Assembly (NCBI RefSeq): GCF_009914755.1 | Contig: NC_060946.1 | From: the human T2T-CHM13v2.0 reference genome, Homo sapiens | Reading direction: 5' to 3' (one strand) | DNA: 64,000 nucleotides | Part shown: one piece after another, positions 25,195 to 38,690 of the stretch | Numbering within the stretch: position 1 is the stretch's first letter | Layout of the letters: every line of letters starts with the position of its first letter | Position numbers and translations under genes: made by a program | Notes under the pieces: generated by a model | The model's database searches: none | Seen by the model: only the letters and a program-made list of their open reading frames with translations | Told to the model about the DNA's origin: nothing

Positions 25195-28100
25195 TGTGTT
25201 TGTTCGTTTGTGTTGCTACAAAGGAATACCTGAGGCTGAGTAATTTTATAAAGGGTTTATTTGACTGATTGTTCTGCAGGGTGTACAAGAAGCATAGCAT
25301 CAGCATCTGCTTCTAATGAAGAAGCAGGAAGTTTTTACTCATGGCAGAAGGTGAAAGAAAGCAGGTGTCAGATGGGGAGAGAGGAAGAAAGAGGGAGAGG
25401 GGTAAGGGAGGTGCCAGGTTCTTTTGACTAATCAGTTCTCATGGGAACTAATAGTGAGAACTCACTCATTCTTGTGAGGATATCACAAAGCTATTCATGA
25501 GGGATCTGCTCCCATGACCTGAACACCTCCCTTTAGGCCCTACCTCCAACATGGGATATCAAATTTTTACATGATATTTGGAGGGGTCATATATCCGAGC
25601 TACATCTTTTTACCCCTGGCACCCCAAATCTCATGCCTTTCTCACATTCAAAATACAATCATTCCATCTCAACCATCCCCCCAGAGTCTTATTCCAGCAC
25701 CAACTGAAAAATCCAAAGGCCAAAGTCTTATCTGAAGCTCTAAGATAAAACTCTTAGATACTTCTAAGATGCAATGGTGGTACAGGCATTGGGTAAACAC
25801 TTCCATTCCAAAAGGGAGAAATGGGCCAAAAGTAACAGACCTCAAACATGTCAGAAACCCAGCAGGGCAGATATTAAAACTTAACTCTCCAAAATAGTCT
25901 TTGACTCCATGTTTCATGTCCCATCTAGGGCATACTGGTACAAGTGTTGGGCCACCGAAGCCTCAAGCAGCTCTGTCCTGGTGGCTTTGCAGGGTCCAGA
26001 TCACATGGCTGCGCTCTCGGGTTGGGGTTCAATGTCTGTGGGTTTCCAGACTAAGGGTGCATGCTGCCAGTGGCTCTCCCATTCTAGGAGGCTCAAGGGA
26101 AGTGGTCTTATTTTCACATCGCCACTAGGCAGTGTGGATACTGCCTCAGAGTGGGTACTCTCTGAGGGGACTCCAACCCCACATTTCCCATTGGCATTGC
26201 CTTAGTACGGTCTCTCTGTAGGGGCTCTAATCCCATACTTCCCCTTGGCACTGCCTTAATAGAGTCTCTTTGTATGGGCTCTGCCCCTGTGGCAGGCTTC
26301 TGCCTGGGGACCCAGGCTTTCTGATACATTCTCTGAAATCTAGGTAGGTGGAAGCTGCCAAGCCTCCATGGTTTTTGCATGCTGTGCACCTGCAGACTTA
26401 ACATCACATGGAAGCTGTCAAGGTAGTACCTGTGGCCACGCGAGCCATAGCTAGAGGTGGAGTCGCTGGGATGCAGGGAGAAGTGTTCCAAGACAGCACA
26501 GGGCCTGGCCCCTGAAACCATTCTTTCTTACTAGGCCTCTGTGCCTGTGATGAAAGGGGCTGCCTGGAAGATTTCTGAAATACCTTTGGGGACATGCCCC
26601 CATTGTCTTGACTATTAGCACCTGTCTTCCCTTTAGTCATACTATCTTTCCAACAAGCTATTACTCTCAGGCCATACATTTTGCATATAAAATGAGACTT
26701 TGTTAATATTTTTATATCAAAGTGCCTAATACATATCATGCAAAATATCGTAAAACATGAGGATACTATACTGCCAATTCTACTTCAATTTTAACCTGTC
26801 TAGTGAGGCTAGACTGTGAACTGCTCCAGGAAAATCTTACCCGCTTATTTTTGTTCATTCGTATCCCCCATGCCAGCATAGTGCCTAGCATACAGGTCAG
26901 TAAATAACTGTTAAATGAACACAAGATAATTCAGTGCAATACAGTTCTGATTTCTTTGTCTTTTGCAGGGGGCTACCTTTAAGATTATACTTATAAATAG
27001 TTTTGTTTATCCTGGATTTATCACTCCTTTCTTTTCCTCCCTTATTAAGGGTAAGAGAAGGAAGAGATCTTAGTAACTGATAAGGAAAAGGGGGCAGAAG
27101 CAGGGGAAAAGCAAAGATGAGCAATAGAACAAGAGTTCCATATTAAAGAATGGGCATTTTTATATTCAGAATATGGAAATGGCTTACATATCAGTTGAAG
27201 TATTTGTTTGACAGCGATGGAAACCAATTCTGGGTAACATAACAAAACAGGGATTCAATGTAAGGTTCATGGGGCCTCCCTGGATTAGAAGGAGGCAGAG
27301 AGGCTAGTTTTGGGGACAGGAACCAAAGAAGCTACCATGGAGCAGGAAGCAGGGCAGCCTAGTCAGGGTGCTCCTCATAGCCAGGCCATACTTTTGAATT
27401 CCTATATGGAAAATGCTGTTTTCTTTACCACATGACCAGGCTGAAAATTTTCCAAATGTTTATGCTCTGCTTCCTTTTTAATTGTACGTTCAAACTTTAG
27501 ATCATCCCTTTGCTCTCACGTCTGATTACAGACTATTAGAAGCAGCTAGGTCACTTCTTTAATGCTTTGCTGGTTAGAAATGTCTTCCACCAGATGCCCC
27601 AGATCATCACTCTTAAGTTTAGCTTTCCACAAAGTCCTAGGACATGGACACAATGCAGCCAAGTTCTTTGCTATGGTGTAACAAGGGAGACCTTTGTTTC
27701 AGTTCCCAATGAGTTCCCCATTTTCATCTAAGGCCTCATCAGCATGGCTTTTACTGTCCATATTTCTATTGGATTTTGGTCACGAGCACTTAATCATTCT
27801 CTAACAAGTTTCAAACATTCCTTCGTCTTCCTGTCTTCTTCTGAGCCCTCCAAATTCTTCCAATTGCTGCTCATTACCCAGTTCCAAAGCCACTTCCACA
27901 TCTTCAGGTATCTTTATAACAAAACTGCACTCCTTCATACCAATTTTCTGTTTTAGGCCATTTGTACGACTAGAAAGGCATACATGAGGTTGAGTAATTT
28001 GTAAATAAAAGAGGTTTATTTGGCTCACAGGTTCTTCAGGTTGTATGAGAAGCATGGCATCAGCAGACATGTGTGAAGCATGGCATCATACTTCTGATGA

Positions 28101-28388
28101 GGGCTTCAGAAAGCTTCTACTCATTGAAGGTGAAAGGAAGCAGGCATCACATGGCGGGAGGAGAAGGAAGAGAGAGAAGGGTGAGGGAGGGGCCAGGCTC
28201 TTTTTAGCAATCATTTCTTGCAGGAACTAATACAGTGAGAATTCACCCATTACTATGATGATGGCACCAAGCCATTCATGAGGAATCTGCTCTCATGACC
28301 CAAACACCTCCCACTAAGTCCTCACTCCAACATTGGGAATTAAATTTCAACATGAGATTCGGAGGATACACATACTCAAACTGTAACA
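25195..28388 (-). mobile_element. Full MSTB-like MaLR element (LTR 25195-25605, internal region, LTR 27949-28388) splitting an L2
   Basis: Two homologous LTRs flank MST-int sequence (cccctggcaccccaaatctcatg...taccaattttc). L2 sequence continues on both sides. Confidence 0.88.
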
Positions 28389-30508
28389 TGTGTCAATCAG
28401 AGGGTAGTAGAACATGAGGACAAAGAGGAAAATAGGATCCAGATCATCAAAGACTTAGATGTCATATTCAAGAGATTAAGCTTTAAGCAAGGATGAATTC
28501 CAGTCCAAAAGACCAGACACAGGATCAAACCTACCAGTTAGATGTAGTATTCAGTGCAGCCAGCAGACTGTGAGTTAACTGACTCAATCCTATGCAGCAT
28601 CTGCATCTCTGTGGTTATCATGCAGCCATATGTGGCTATGTGACAAAGTTCTAGCCACACCCAAGTCACAGGAATAGCCTCCAGACAACCATTTAAAAGG
28701 GAGAGACTTGATCAAAATACAGACTTCAGATCCTTTGTCTTTCTCTCTTCTTCCTCTGTGGATGTTGGACATGAATTCCTAAGGTACAGATGCCTTCTTG
28801 AAGCCATGAGACAACTCGAAGATGCTGAGAGCCACGAGAACGCAGAAACACAATCCAGACATCCTTGTATTTTTTACTCTACACCAGCAACCACCTACTG
28901 CAGATTTCTTGCTTTGCAAGGAAAATTAACTTTTCAGTGTGTAAGCAGTGTTTTAACTCAGGATTTCTACTTTGTACAGATTTCCTTGACACCTATCAAC
29001 TTTCTCACTCTCAGACCCTGACATGATTCCCTGCTCTTTTCAGAGAGTCCTCTCCTTGGTGTCCTTTTGAGTAATCATTGGTCTGTGTTTGATCACCTTT
29101 AGGAGTAGACAAAAATCTCTTTTCCTTCCCCCTAGCCTCCTTCCTTTTTTCCCTTTCTTTCATTTGTGTTTTATTTTTGCAAATTTCAGACTATTTTAAC
29201 TTCATTTTTTTTTCAAAACCTTGAAAATTCTCTCTCCCAACTCTGTCTTTTTTCCATTCACTACTCACTTCCTATTCCTCACTCCACCTTCACAGGATTT
29301 TATTATTTGTTCTTTCTGAGAATTTGTATTCATTTACAAGCTAACAAAGACTTAGATTATTCTTTCCCTCTTTTTATGCAATTCTTCTTTCATGTTTATT
29401 TTCATATAAAGCAACTCAGAAGCATTATAAGTTTCTTCTTTTAAAAATAGATTATACTGAATATGCACACAGAAATGTACACATAGCATAAATTCAGTGA
29501 ATTTTCACAATGTGAATACATCTTTGTGATTCCACCAAAATTAAAAAATAGAACCCTACCAACACCCAAGAAGCCTGCCTGTGCCACAACCTCTCACTAG
29601 TTGCCCCCAAACAAGGAAACCACAGTCTGATTCAGGGGACCTCAGATTCGTTTTGCTTTTTTTTGTTGTTGTTGTTGGCTTTAGGTAAATGGTACTATTC
29701 AAAATATACTCTGTAGTGTCTGGCTTTTGTTTTTCTCAACGTTATGTTTGTGAGATTCATGTATATTGCTGCATGCAACAATAGTCTGTTCCTTTTCATG
29801 AGTTTATAATATACCACAGTATAGATACATTACAATTTATCCAATTTACTTTTGATACATATTTAGTTTTTTTCCAGCGTTTGTTCTTGATTTTATAAAT
29901 GTATTTCTATTGAATGGAATAGCTTGGTCATAGGGAATACCTGTATTCAATTATAGCAGAGTTTAAGCTCCTTGTCAACTTTTGGCATTTTCAGACTTTT
30001 CATTTTAGTCAATCTGTTGGGTATGTGGTGGTATCTTACTGTGGTTTTAATGCATATTGCCTTAACTACTAACATGATTGTGTATCTTTTATTCATAGTT
30101 TAATGGCCATTTTTATAACCTCTTTTGTGAAGTGCCTTTTAAAATATCTTTCCCATTTTTAAATTGTGGTATTTATCTTTTTCATAGTACTTTGTAGGAG
30201 TTTTCCCTATATTTGGGATATAAGTCCTTTATTGGGATCTATCTACCCATCTATCTATTCTCACTCTGTGCCTTGACTTTTTATTTTTTAAATATTGTCT
30301 TTGAATTGACATGTTTTAATTTTAACTTAGTCAAATTTGCCAACTTTATCCTGTATAATTTCTTTGTATCGAAGGAGCTTAACAAAATCATCTTTGCCAA
30401 TGTCATTAAGATATTTTCTACGTTTTTCTCTAGAAATTTTATGGTTTTATCTTTCATATTTAGATTTACTATCTATTTATAATGAATTTTTAAAAATAAT
30501 TTGTATTC

Positions 30509-30846
<338 letters not shown>

Positions 30847-31411
30847 CTATAATTCATTGTGATTATTATTTTTAAGTTCTTTTATTTAAACAGTTTCAGT
30901 GCCATATAATTGACATACAGTAAAATGAATGTATTTAAAGTACACATTTTGATAAGTTTTAACCTATGTGTACAACCATGAAATCATCATAACAATCAAG
31001 AAAATAAACACAGATTATCTCCAAAAGTTCATTAATGCCCCATTGGTAACTCCCCAACTCCTACATTTCCATCTCCAGGCAGCCACTGGTCCACTTTCTC
31101 TCACTATACACTAATTTGCATTCTAGAGTTTTATATAAATGAAATCATACACGTACCATCATTTTCTTCAACCTTTTTTTCACTCTGTGTAATTATTTTG
31201 AAATTTATCCATGTTGTTGCATGTATCAATAGTTTAATCCTTATGTTGAGCCACATTAATTTGTATGGGTAAACAATTTGATGTCCCCCTATTGATGGAT
31301 ATTTAGGTTGTTATTAATTTGAGAGGGATACAAATAAAGCTGCTACTAATAGTGTACAAATCTTTGTATGGTCATATACTTTTATTTCTATTGGGTAAAC
31401 GCCTAGGGATA

Positions 31412-31784
31412 TGTATTAGTCCATTATCACACTGCTAATAAGGACATACCTGAGACTGGGTAATTTATAAAGGAAAGAGATTTAATTAACTCACAGTTCA
31501 GCACGGCTGGTGAGGCCTCAGGAAACTTAAAGTCATGGCAGAAGAGGAAGCAAACACATCTTTCTTCACATGGTGGCAACAAGAAGTGCCGAGGGAAGGT
31601 GGGGAAAGCCCCTTATAAAACCATCAGATCTCATGAGAACTCACTCACTATCATGAGAACAGCATGAGCGTAACTGCCTCCATGATTAAATTACCTCCCA
31701 TGGGGTCCCTCTCATGACCTGTGGGAATTATGGGAACTAAAATTCAAGTTGAGATTTGAGAGGGGACACAGACAAATCATATCA
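31412..31784 (-). mobile_element. THE1C/D-like solo LTR
   Basis: tgtattagtccattatcacactgctaataa start and gggacacagacaaatcatatca end. Confidence 0.9.
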
Positions 31785-33564
31785 GAATTGAATGCATTGT
31801 TCATATGGATAGTGTATGTATAGATTTTTGAGAGACTGCTAAACTGTTTTCCAAAATTATTACACCATTTTACATTGCCACCAGCAGTGTAAGAGGTTTC
31901 AAGATGCTCTATATCATTACCAACACTTGGTATGGTAGGTCTTCTTAATTTTTAATATTCTAATACATATGTAGTGGTATCTCATTGCTCATATCTTAAC
32001 TTGCACTTCATAACCACTGTACATACCATTTTATGTATTTACACACCATTTTATATGTAATGCTCATTTGCATTATGTTCTTCTTTGATAAAATGCCTGG
32101 TAAATATTTTGCTTGTTAATTTACTGAGTTTTTTTAAAATTGCTAACAAGTATTGAGAGTTCTTTATATGTTCTAAATACAAGTCTTTTTATCAGATATG
32201 TAGTTTGCTAATATTTACTTCCAGTAAGTTACTTGTCTTTGTCTTGTCTTAAAATGTGTCTTTTACAGAGAAGAACTTAATTTTAATTAGGTCCAACTTA
32301 CCAATATTTTATTTCTTGAATCATTATTTAGGTTTCTATCTAAGAAATATTTGCCTCACTCGATATCACAAATAATTTTTTCGTATTTTCTTCTATAACT
32401 GTTACAGTATTAGGTTTTGTATTTATGTCTATTATTCTTCTAGAGAAAATTTTGTGGATTATTCAAAGTATGATTAGAAATTTTTTAGATCTATAGATAC
32501 TCAATTGCTCTAGTACCATTTGTTGAAAAATATACACTTTGTATACTTAATTGCTTTCTGTACCTTTGTTGAAAATCAGTTGATCATATAAGTGTGGGCC
32601 TATATCTGGAAAATTTATTTCAATCCATTAATCTATTTGTTCATCTTAGGCCATCACCATACCATCCTGATTTCTGTAGACTTACAGTAAGTCATGAAAT
32701 CAGATAGTTTAAATCCTTCACACATTTTTTTTCAAACTGAATTTGACTACTTCTTTGCATTTCTATATGAAGGTTAGAATCAACCAGTGAATTTATACCA
32801 AAAGAATAACAATTTTTATTGGGATTTGTTGCATTTCTAGATCAATTTGGGGGCAATCTGATAAGTTTTGAGTTATTGGGTTTTCCAACCTGTGACTATA
32901 ACACATCTCTATAAATATTTAGCTCCTCTATTTTGTCTTCACAAGGTGTCAGTTTTCCATGTACATATTTTGAACACCTTTTGCTAGATTTATTTCTAAG
33001 TATTTTATATTTTTATGCCCTTGAAAATTGGTTTATTGCTATAAATTTACATGTTGATCATTACTAGTATATAGAAATATAACTGATTTTGTATATTGAT
33101 GTTGTATCCCGAAACATTATTAAAATTACGTATTTGTCCTGGTAGTTTTTTGTACAGTTCATGTGATTTTTAAAAATGTACATAATTATGCCATCTGTGG
33201 ATTCAGACTGTTTTACTTTTTTCTCTCTGAGCAGGATTCCTTTTAATTCCTTTTTCCTCTTCTCACCTTATTACACTGACTAGAATTTCCAATGCAATGA
33301 TGAGTAGAAGTGTTGAGAATGGACAGCTTTATCTTATTGTTTTATTTTGGAGGAAAGTTATTTAATCTTTCACCATTACTTGTAGATTTTTTGTAGATAC
33401 CCATTATCAGACTAAAGAGGTTCATTCTTATTGCTAGTTGAGTGAGATTTTTAATCAGGAATGGATATGGGATTTCGCAATGTTTTTTTCTTATTCTTTT
33501 GGGATTATCATATGATTTTTCATTTTCAGTCTGTTAATAGAGTGAATCAAATTAGTTTTCAAAT

Positions 33565-34162
33565 GTTTAAGATCAGCTGATTAGCAACTGTAATTCCACC
33601 GGTAAATTTAATTCACCTGTGCCATGTGCATTAATTTCCTATTACTGGTGTGCAAATTACTGCAAATTTGTTGGCTTAAAGCAACACAGTTTATTCTCTT
33701 ACACTTATGGAGGTCAGAAAGCCAAAAAGAATCTTAAAGGGCTAAAATCAAGATGTCCTCAGGGCTGGTTCCTGCTGGGGGCACCAGAGGAGGAAAATCT
33801 GTTCTTTGCCTCCTTCAGCTTCTGAAGTTTCCAGCATTCCTTGGCTCCTGGACACATCACTCTAATCTCTGCTTCCTTAGTCAGATCACCTCCTTTACTT
33901 CTGACTCCTGCATTCCTGTGATAAGAACCACTGAAAATACACCCAGCTCACCTGGATAATCTCCTCACCTCAAGATCCTTAACTTAATCACATCTGCAAA
34001 TACCCTCTTGATAAGGAAACATTTCACAGGTTCTAAGGATTATACTGTGGGCATATTTTGCAGACCATTATTCAGCCTGTCATACTATGTAGGCTAATAT
34101 AGTAACAGGTTTTTGGGATATGGACATAAACATATTTGGTAGCCCATTATTCTCCCTACCAC
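33565..34162 (-). mobile_element. Nested MLT1 LTRs (33627-34084 inserted inside another MLT1 fragment)
   Basis: Inner LTR has tgcattaatttcct..attcagcctgtcata termini and TSD ccatg (33622-33626) / ctatg (34085-34089). The outer LTR resumes to ccctaccaca. Confidence 0.7.
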
Positions 34163-35639
34163 ACCCACTTTTGCCTATGACTGTTTCTTCTGGAAACGTT
34201 AATGGACAAATTGAAATTTTTCCATCCATTCTTCACACTTCTTAGCTCTTCTCTTATACTTTTCATCTATTTGTCTTATTACATTACATTCCTAGGCTAA
34301 TTACTTTGTTCAGTCTTTCAGTTCATTAATTGACTCTTCAGCTATTTTCATTCTATTTATCTATTCATTTATTTTTCCTAATTATCCTATAAGTTCCAGA
34401 AATATGATTCTGATTCATAGCAGCCAGTTTTTAAATCTGCCTGAAGATATTTATTCTGAAGTATTTTTTTCTGTATCATAAGTTAACTTTATTTTGGAGA
34501 GGGCACTAACTTTTCTGAATATTTAGTCTGATGTGTCTTTCAAGGTGCCTCGCTTTCCAAATATTTGATGATTATTGGCTGCTCCTATTTGTAATTAAAA
34601 TCTAGACTGAACAATATCGGAAGCTGGAACGCACTTTATTAGTCGGAATGCATATCTCTGTTTACTTGTCATGAATCCAAATCCAGTGTACCTAGATATT
34701 ACAAGAGCATGTTACTAATAATTATAAATGAGAGGAAGGATGCATATCCAAAGATTTTATGTTTATCTTGAGGGTTCTATCTTGTTTCTCTGGACGTGAG
34801 ACATATTTCTTAAATCTCCCAAGTTAAGTACACTTATAACTACTTTGTTGGAGATTGACTGCAACTGTTTAAAAAATAAAACCTTCTATATGTACAGAAG
34901 TAATCTTTATATTCTTACAAATTTACTAGCTCTGCAATGTTTCCTCAGTGTCAACACTCATGCTAAAAGCCCTTCCAAGAAAAGTTACTCACTTTGTTTA
35001 TATATTAGTTCTTAGGGCTTTTTCTCAAGGGCAAATGCAGTTGTCACCAGATGTTAAATATGGAGAAGGGAGAGAAGTTCAGTGCAGCAGCTGCTTCAAA
35101 TTTAGTCCTTTAATTAATTTCTCTGATTATTTCCCCATATTGCTTTCCAGCTCTTTGTATTTGGTGACTCTTAGCTTGGTTATTTCTCTGGAGATTTTGT
35201 GAGAATGCTAACTTTAACTTCAGTAGTTGCTTCTCCCCAAAGTGAATTTTCTGTGCTCTCATTTTCCCTTTACAGCAATTCACTCTGCTTTATTTTTCTT
35301 TCTCTATTTTTTTTTTGTTTTCCTATGATTTATAGCCATAAGCTCAATTGCTGGGTCATCCAGTATGTTCATCTTCAACTATAGTAGATATTACTACATT
35401 GTCATAAAGAAATTGAAACAATTGCAGTCCTAACACAGTTAACATTGTTCTACATTCTCACAATATTTAGTGTAGTCATACTTTCTAAATTTTGCTTAAC
35501 TGGCAAGTATGAAATGGTATCTCATTGCAGTTTTAATTTCCATTCTCCTGAACATTGGTAAGATACAGTATTTTTTCATGTTTTTATTGAATATTTTATC
35601 TCTTCTGTGAATTAATATTTTATTGGTTAACTTTTCTTT

Positions 35640-35926
35640 CTTCTTTTTTTTTTTTTTTTTTTTTTTTAGATGGAGTTTCACTCTTGTCACCCAGGCTGGA
35701 GTGCAGTGGCACTGCAACCTTCGCCTCCAAGGTTCAAGAAATTATCCTGCCTCAGCCTCCCAAGTAGCTGGGATTACAGGCATGTGCCATCACACCCAGC
35801 TAATTTTTGTATTTTCAGTAGAGACGGGGTTTCTCCGTGTTGGCCAGGCTGGTCTTGAACTCCTGACCTCAGGTGATCCACCTGCCCAAGGTGGTGTGAT
35901 TACAGGGGTGAGCCACTGCGCAGGCC
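35640..35926 (-). mobile_element. AluS with two small internal deletions
   Basis: TSD aacttttcttt at 35629-35639 and 35927-35937. Confidence 0.9.
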
Positions 35927-36089
35927 AACTTTTCTTTTTTTTAATGAACGAAGAGTTTCTCTCTCCGTGTGTGCATGTGTGCGTGTGTGTGTGCATGCAT
36001 GCGTGCGTGCATGTGTGTGTGTGTTTGGTAGTTTTGACTCATTTCAGCTTCGTTGTTGTTTTCTATAATGTATATCTTAAGTTCAGGGG

Positions 36090-38690
36090 TACAGAACTCT
36101 TCATCCCAAAACAACAGAATATGCATTTTTCTCACTGTGATATGGCACTTACTCAAAAATTGATCACATAATCAGAAGTAAAATCATAACAAACACTCTC
36201 TGGGACCACAGCTCAATCAAATTAGAAATGAAGATTAACAAAGTCACTCAAAACCACACAATTACATGGAAATTGAATAACCTGCTCCTGAATGATTTGG
36301 GGGTAAATAATTAAATTGAAGCAGAAATCAAGAAGTTCTTTGATATTAGTCCTTTGTCAGATATATAGAGTGTGAAGATTTTCTCCCACTTTGTGAGTTA
36401 TCTGTTTACTCTGCTGACTGTTCCTTTTGCTGTGCAGAAGCTCTTTAGTTTAAGTCCCACCTATTTGTCTTTGTTTTTATTGCATTTGATTTTGGGTTCT
36501 TGGTCATGAAATCTTTGCCTAAGCCAATGTCTAGAAGGTTTTTCCCATGTTATCTTCTAGAATTTGTAGAGTTTAAGGTCTTAGATTTAAGTCCTTGATA
36601 CATCTTGAGTCTATTTTTGTATGAAGTGAGAGATGAGGATCCAGTTTCATTCTCCTGCAGGTGTCTTGTCCACTATCCCAGCAGTATTTGTTGAATAGAG
36701 TATCCTTTCCCCACTTTATGTTTCTGTTTGCTTTGTCAAAGATCAGTTGGCTGTAAGTATTTGTTTTATTTCTGGGTTCTCTATTCTGTTCCATTGGTCT
36801 GTGTGCCTATTTTTATACCGGTACTCTGCTGTTTTGCTGACTATGGCCTTATAGCATAGTTTGAAGTTGGGTAATGTGATGCCTCTAGAATTGTTCTTTT
36901 TGCTCAGTCTTGCTTTGGCTAGGTGGGCTCTTTCTTGGTTCCACGTAGAATTTTAGTATTTTTTTCTGGTTCCGTGAAGAATGATAGTGGTATTTTGATG
37001 GGAATTTCATTGAATTTGTAGATTGCTTTTAGCAGTATGGTCATTTTCGCAATACTGATTCTTCACATCCCTGAGCATGGGATGTGTTTCCATTTGTGTC
37101 ATCTATAATTTCTTTCAGCAGCATTTTGTAGTTTTCCTTGTAGAAGTCTTTCACCTCCTTGGTTAGGTATATTCCTAAGTATTTTAATTTTTTGCAGCTA
37201 TTGTAAAAGGGGCTGAGTTCTTGATTTGATTCTCAGCTTGGTCACTATTGGTGTATAGCAGAGGTACTGATTTGTGTACACTAATTTTGTATCCTGAAAC
37301 TTTGCTGAATTTATTTATCAGTTCTAGGAGCTTTTTGGAGGAGTCTTTAGGGTTTTTTAGGTATACAATCATATTATCAGCAAACAGTGACAGATTGACT
37401 TCCTCTTTAGCAATTTGGATGCCTTTTATTTCTTTCTCTTGTCTGACTGTTCTAGCTAGGACTTCCGGTAATATGTTGACTCTACAATGAACTCAAACAA
37501 ATTAGCAAGAAGAAAACAAAAAGCCCCATCAAAAAGTGGGCTAAGGACGTGAATAGACAATTCTCCAAAAGAAGATATACAAATGGCCAAAAAGCATGGA
37601 AAAATATTCAACATCACTAATGATCAGGGAAGTGCAAATCAAAACCACAATGTGATACCACCTCACTCCCACAAGAATGGCCATAATCAAAAAATAATAG
37701 ATGTTGTCATGGTTGTGATGAAAAGGTAACACTTCTGTACTGCTGTTAGGAATGTAAACTAGTACAACCACTATGGAAAACAGTGTGGGGATTCCTTAAA
37801 GAACTAAAAGTAGAACTACCATTTGATCCAGCAATCCCGCTACTGGATATATACCCAGAGGAAAATAAGCCATTATAAGAAAAAGATACTTGCACACACA
37901 TATTTATAGCAGCACAATTCACAATTGCAAAAATGTGGAACCAGTCCAAATGTCCATCAATCAACGAGCAGATAAAGAAATTGTGAGATATATATATAAC
38001 AGTTTATTGACATGTATATATATCAGTTTATTCATATATATATGAATATATATATGAAAAAAATATATATATATATGATGGAATACTGCTCAGCCGTAAA
38101 AAAGAAATGAATTAATGGCAGTCACAGCAACCTGGGTGAGATTGGAGACTATTATTCTAAGTGGAGTAACTCAGGAATGGAAGACCAAGCATGGTATGTT
38201 CTCACTTATAAGTGGGAGCTAAGCTATGAGGATGCAAAGGCATAAGAATGATACAGTAGACTTTGGGGACTTGCAGGGAAAAGCTGGGAAGGGGATGAGG
38301 GATAAAAGACAACAAATTGGGTTCAGTGTATGCTGCTTGGGGGAGGGGTACACCAAAATCTCACAGATCATCACTAAAGAACTTACTCATGTAACCAAAT
38401 ACCACCTGTTCCCCCAAACCTATGGAAATAAAAAAATAAGAAAAAAATAAAATTTATAAGTTAAACATTTGAAATATTTTTAAGTTCTTTGAAACTAATG
38501 AGAACAAAGATACAACATACCGGTATCTCTGGAACACAGCTAAGGCAGTGTTAAGAGGGAAACTTTTAGCACTAAAATGCCCGCATCAAAAAGTTAGAAA
38601 GATCTCAAGTTAACCATCTAACATCACAGCTACAAGAACTAAGGAACTAAGAGAAAACAAAGCTAGCAGAAGACAAGAAAGAACAAGAGT
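36090..38690 (+). mobile_element. Internal L1P ORF2 endonuclease-region fragment (36090-36343 plus 38482-38690) split by an L1PB insertion
   Basis: acagaactcttcatcccaaaacaacagaatat...aagttctttga|aactaatgagaacaaagatacaac is continuous L1 ORF2 sequence once the insert is removed. Confidence 0.85.
36344..38481 (+). mobile_element. L1PB1-like 5'-truncated, 5'-inverted insertion (inverted 36344-~37479, sense ~37480-38481)
   Basis: L1PB 3' UTR (gctaagctatgaggatgcaaaggcataagaatgata). 11-bp TSD aagttctttga at 36333-36343 and 38482-38492. Confidence 0.9.

Noticed and set aside
35623-36171. 182-aa ORF, and similar ORFs at 6333-6704, 23128-23565 and 57198-57494
   Set aside because: Antisense Alu and microsatellite translations, a standard artefact.
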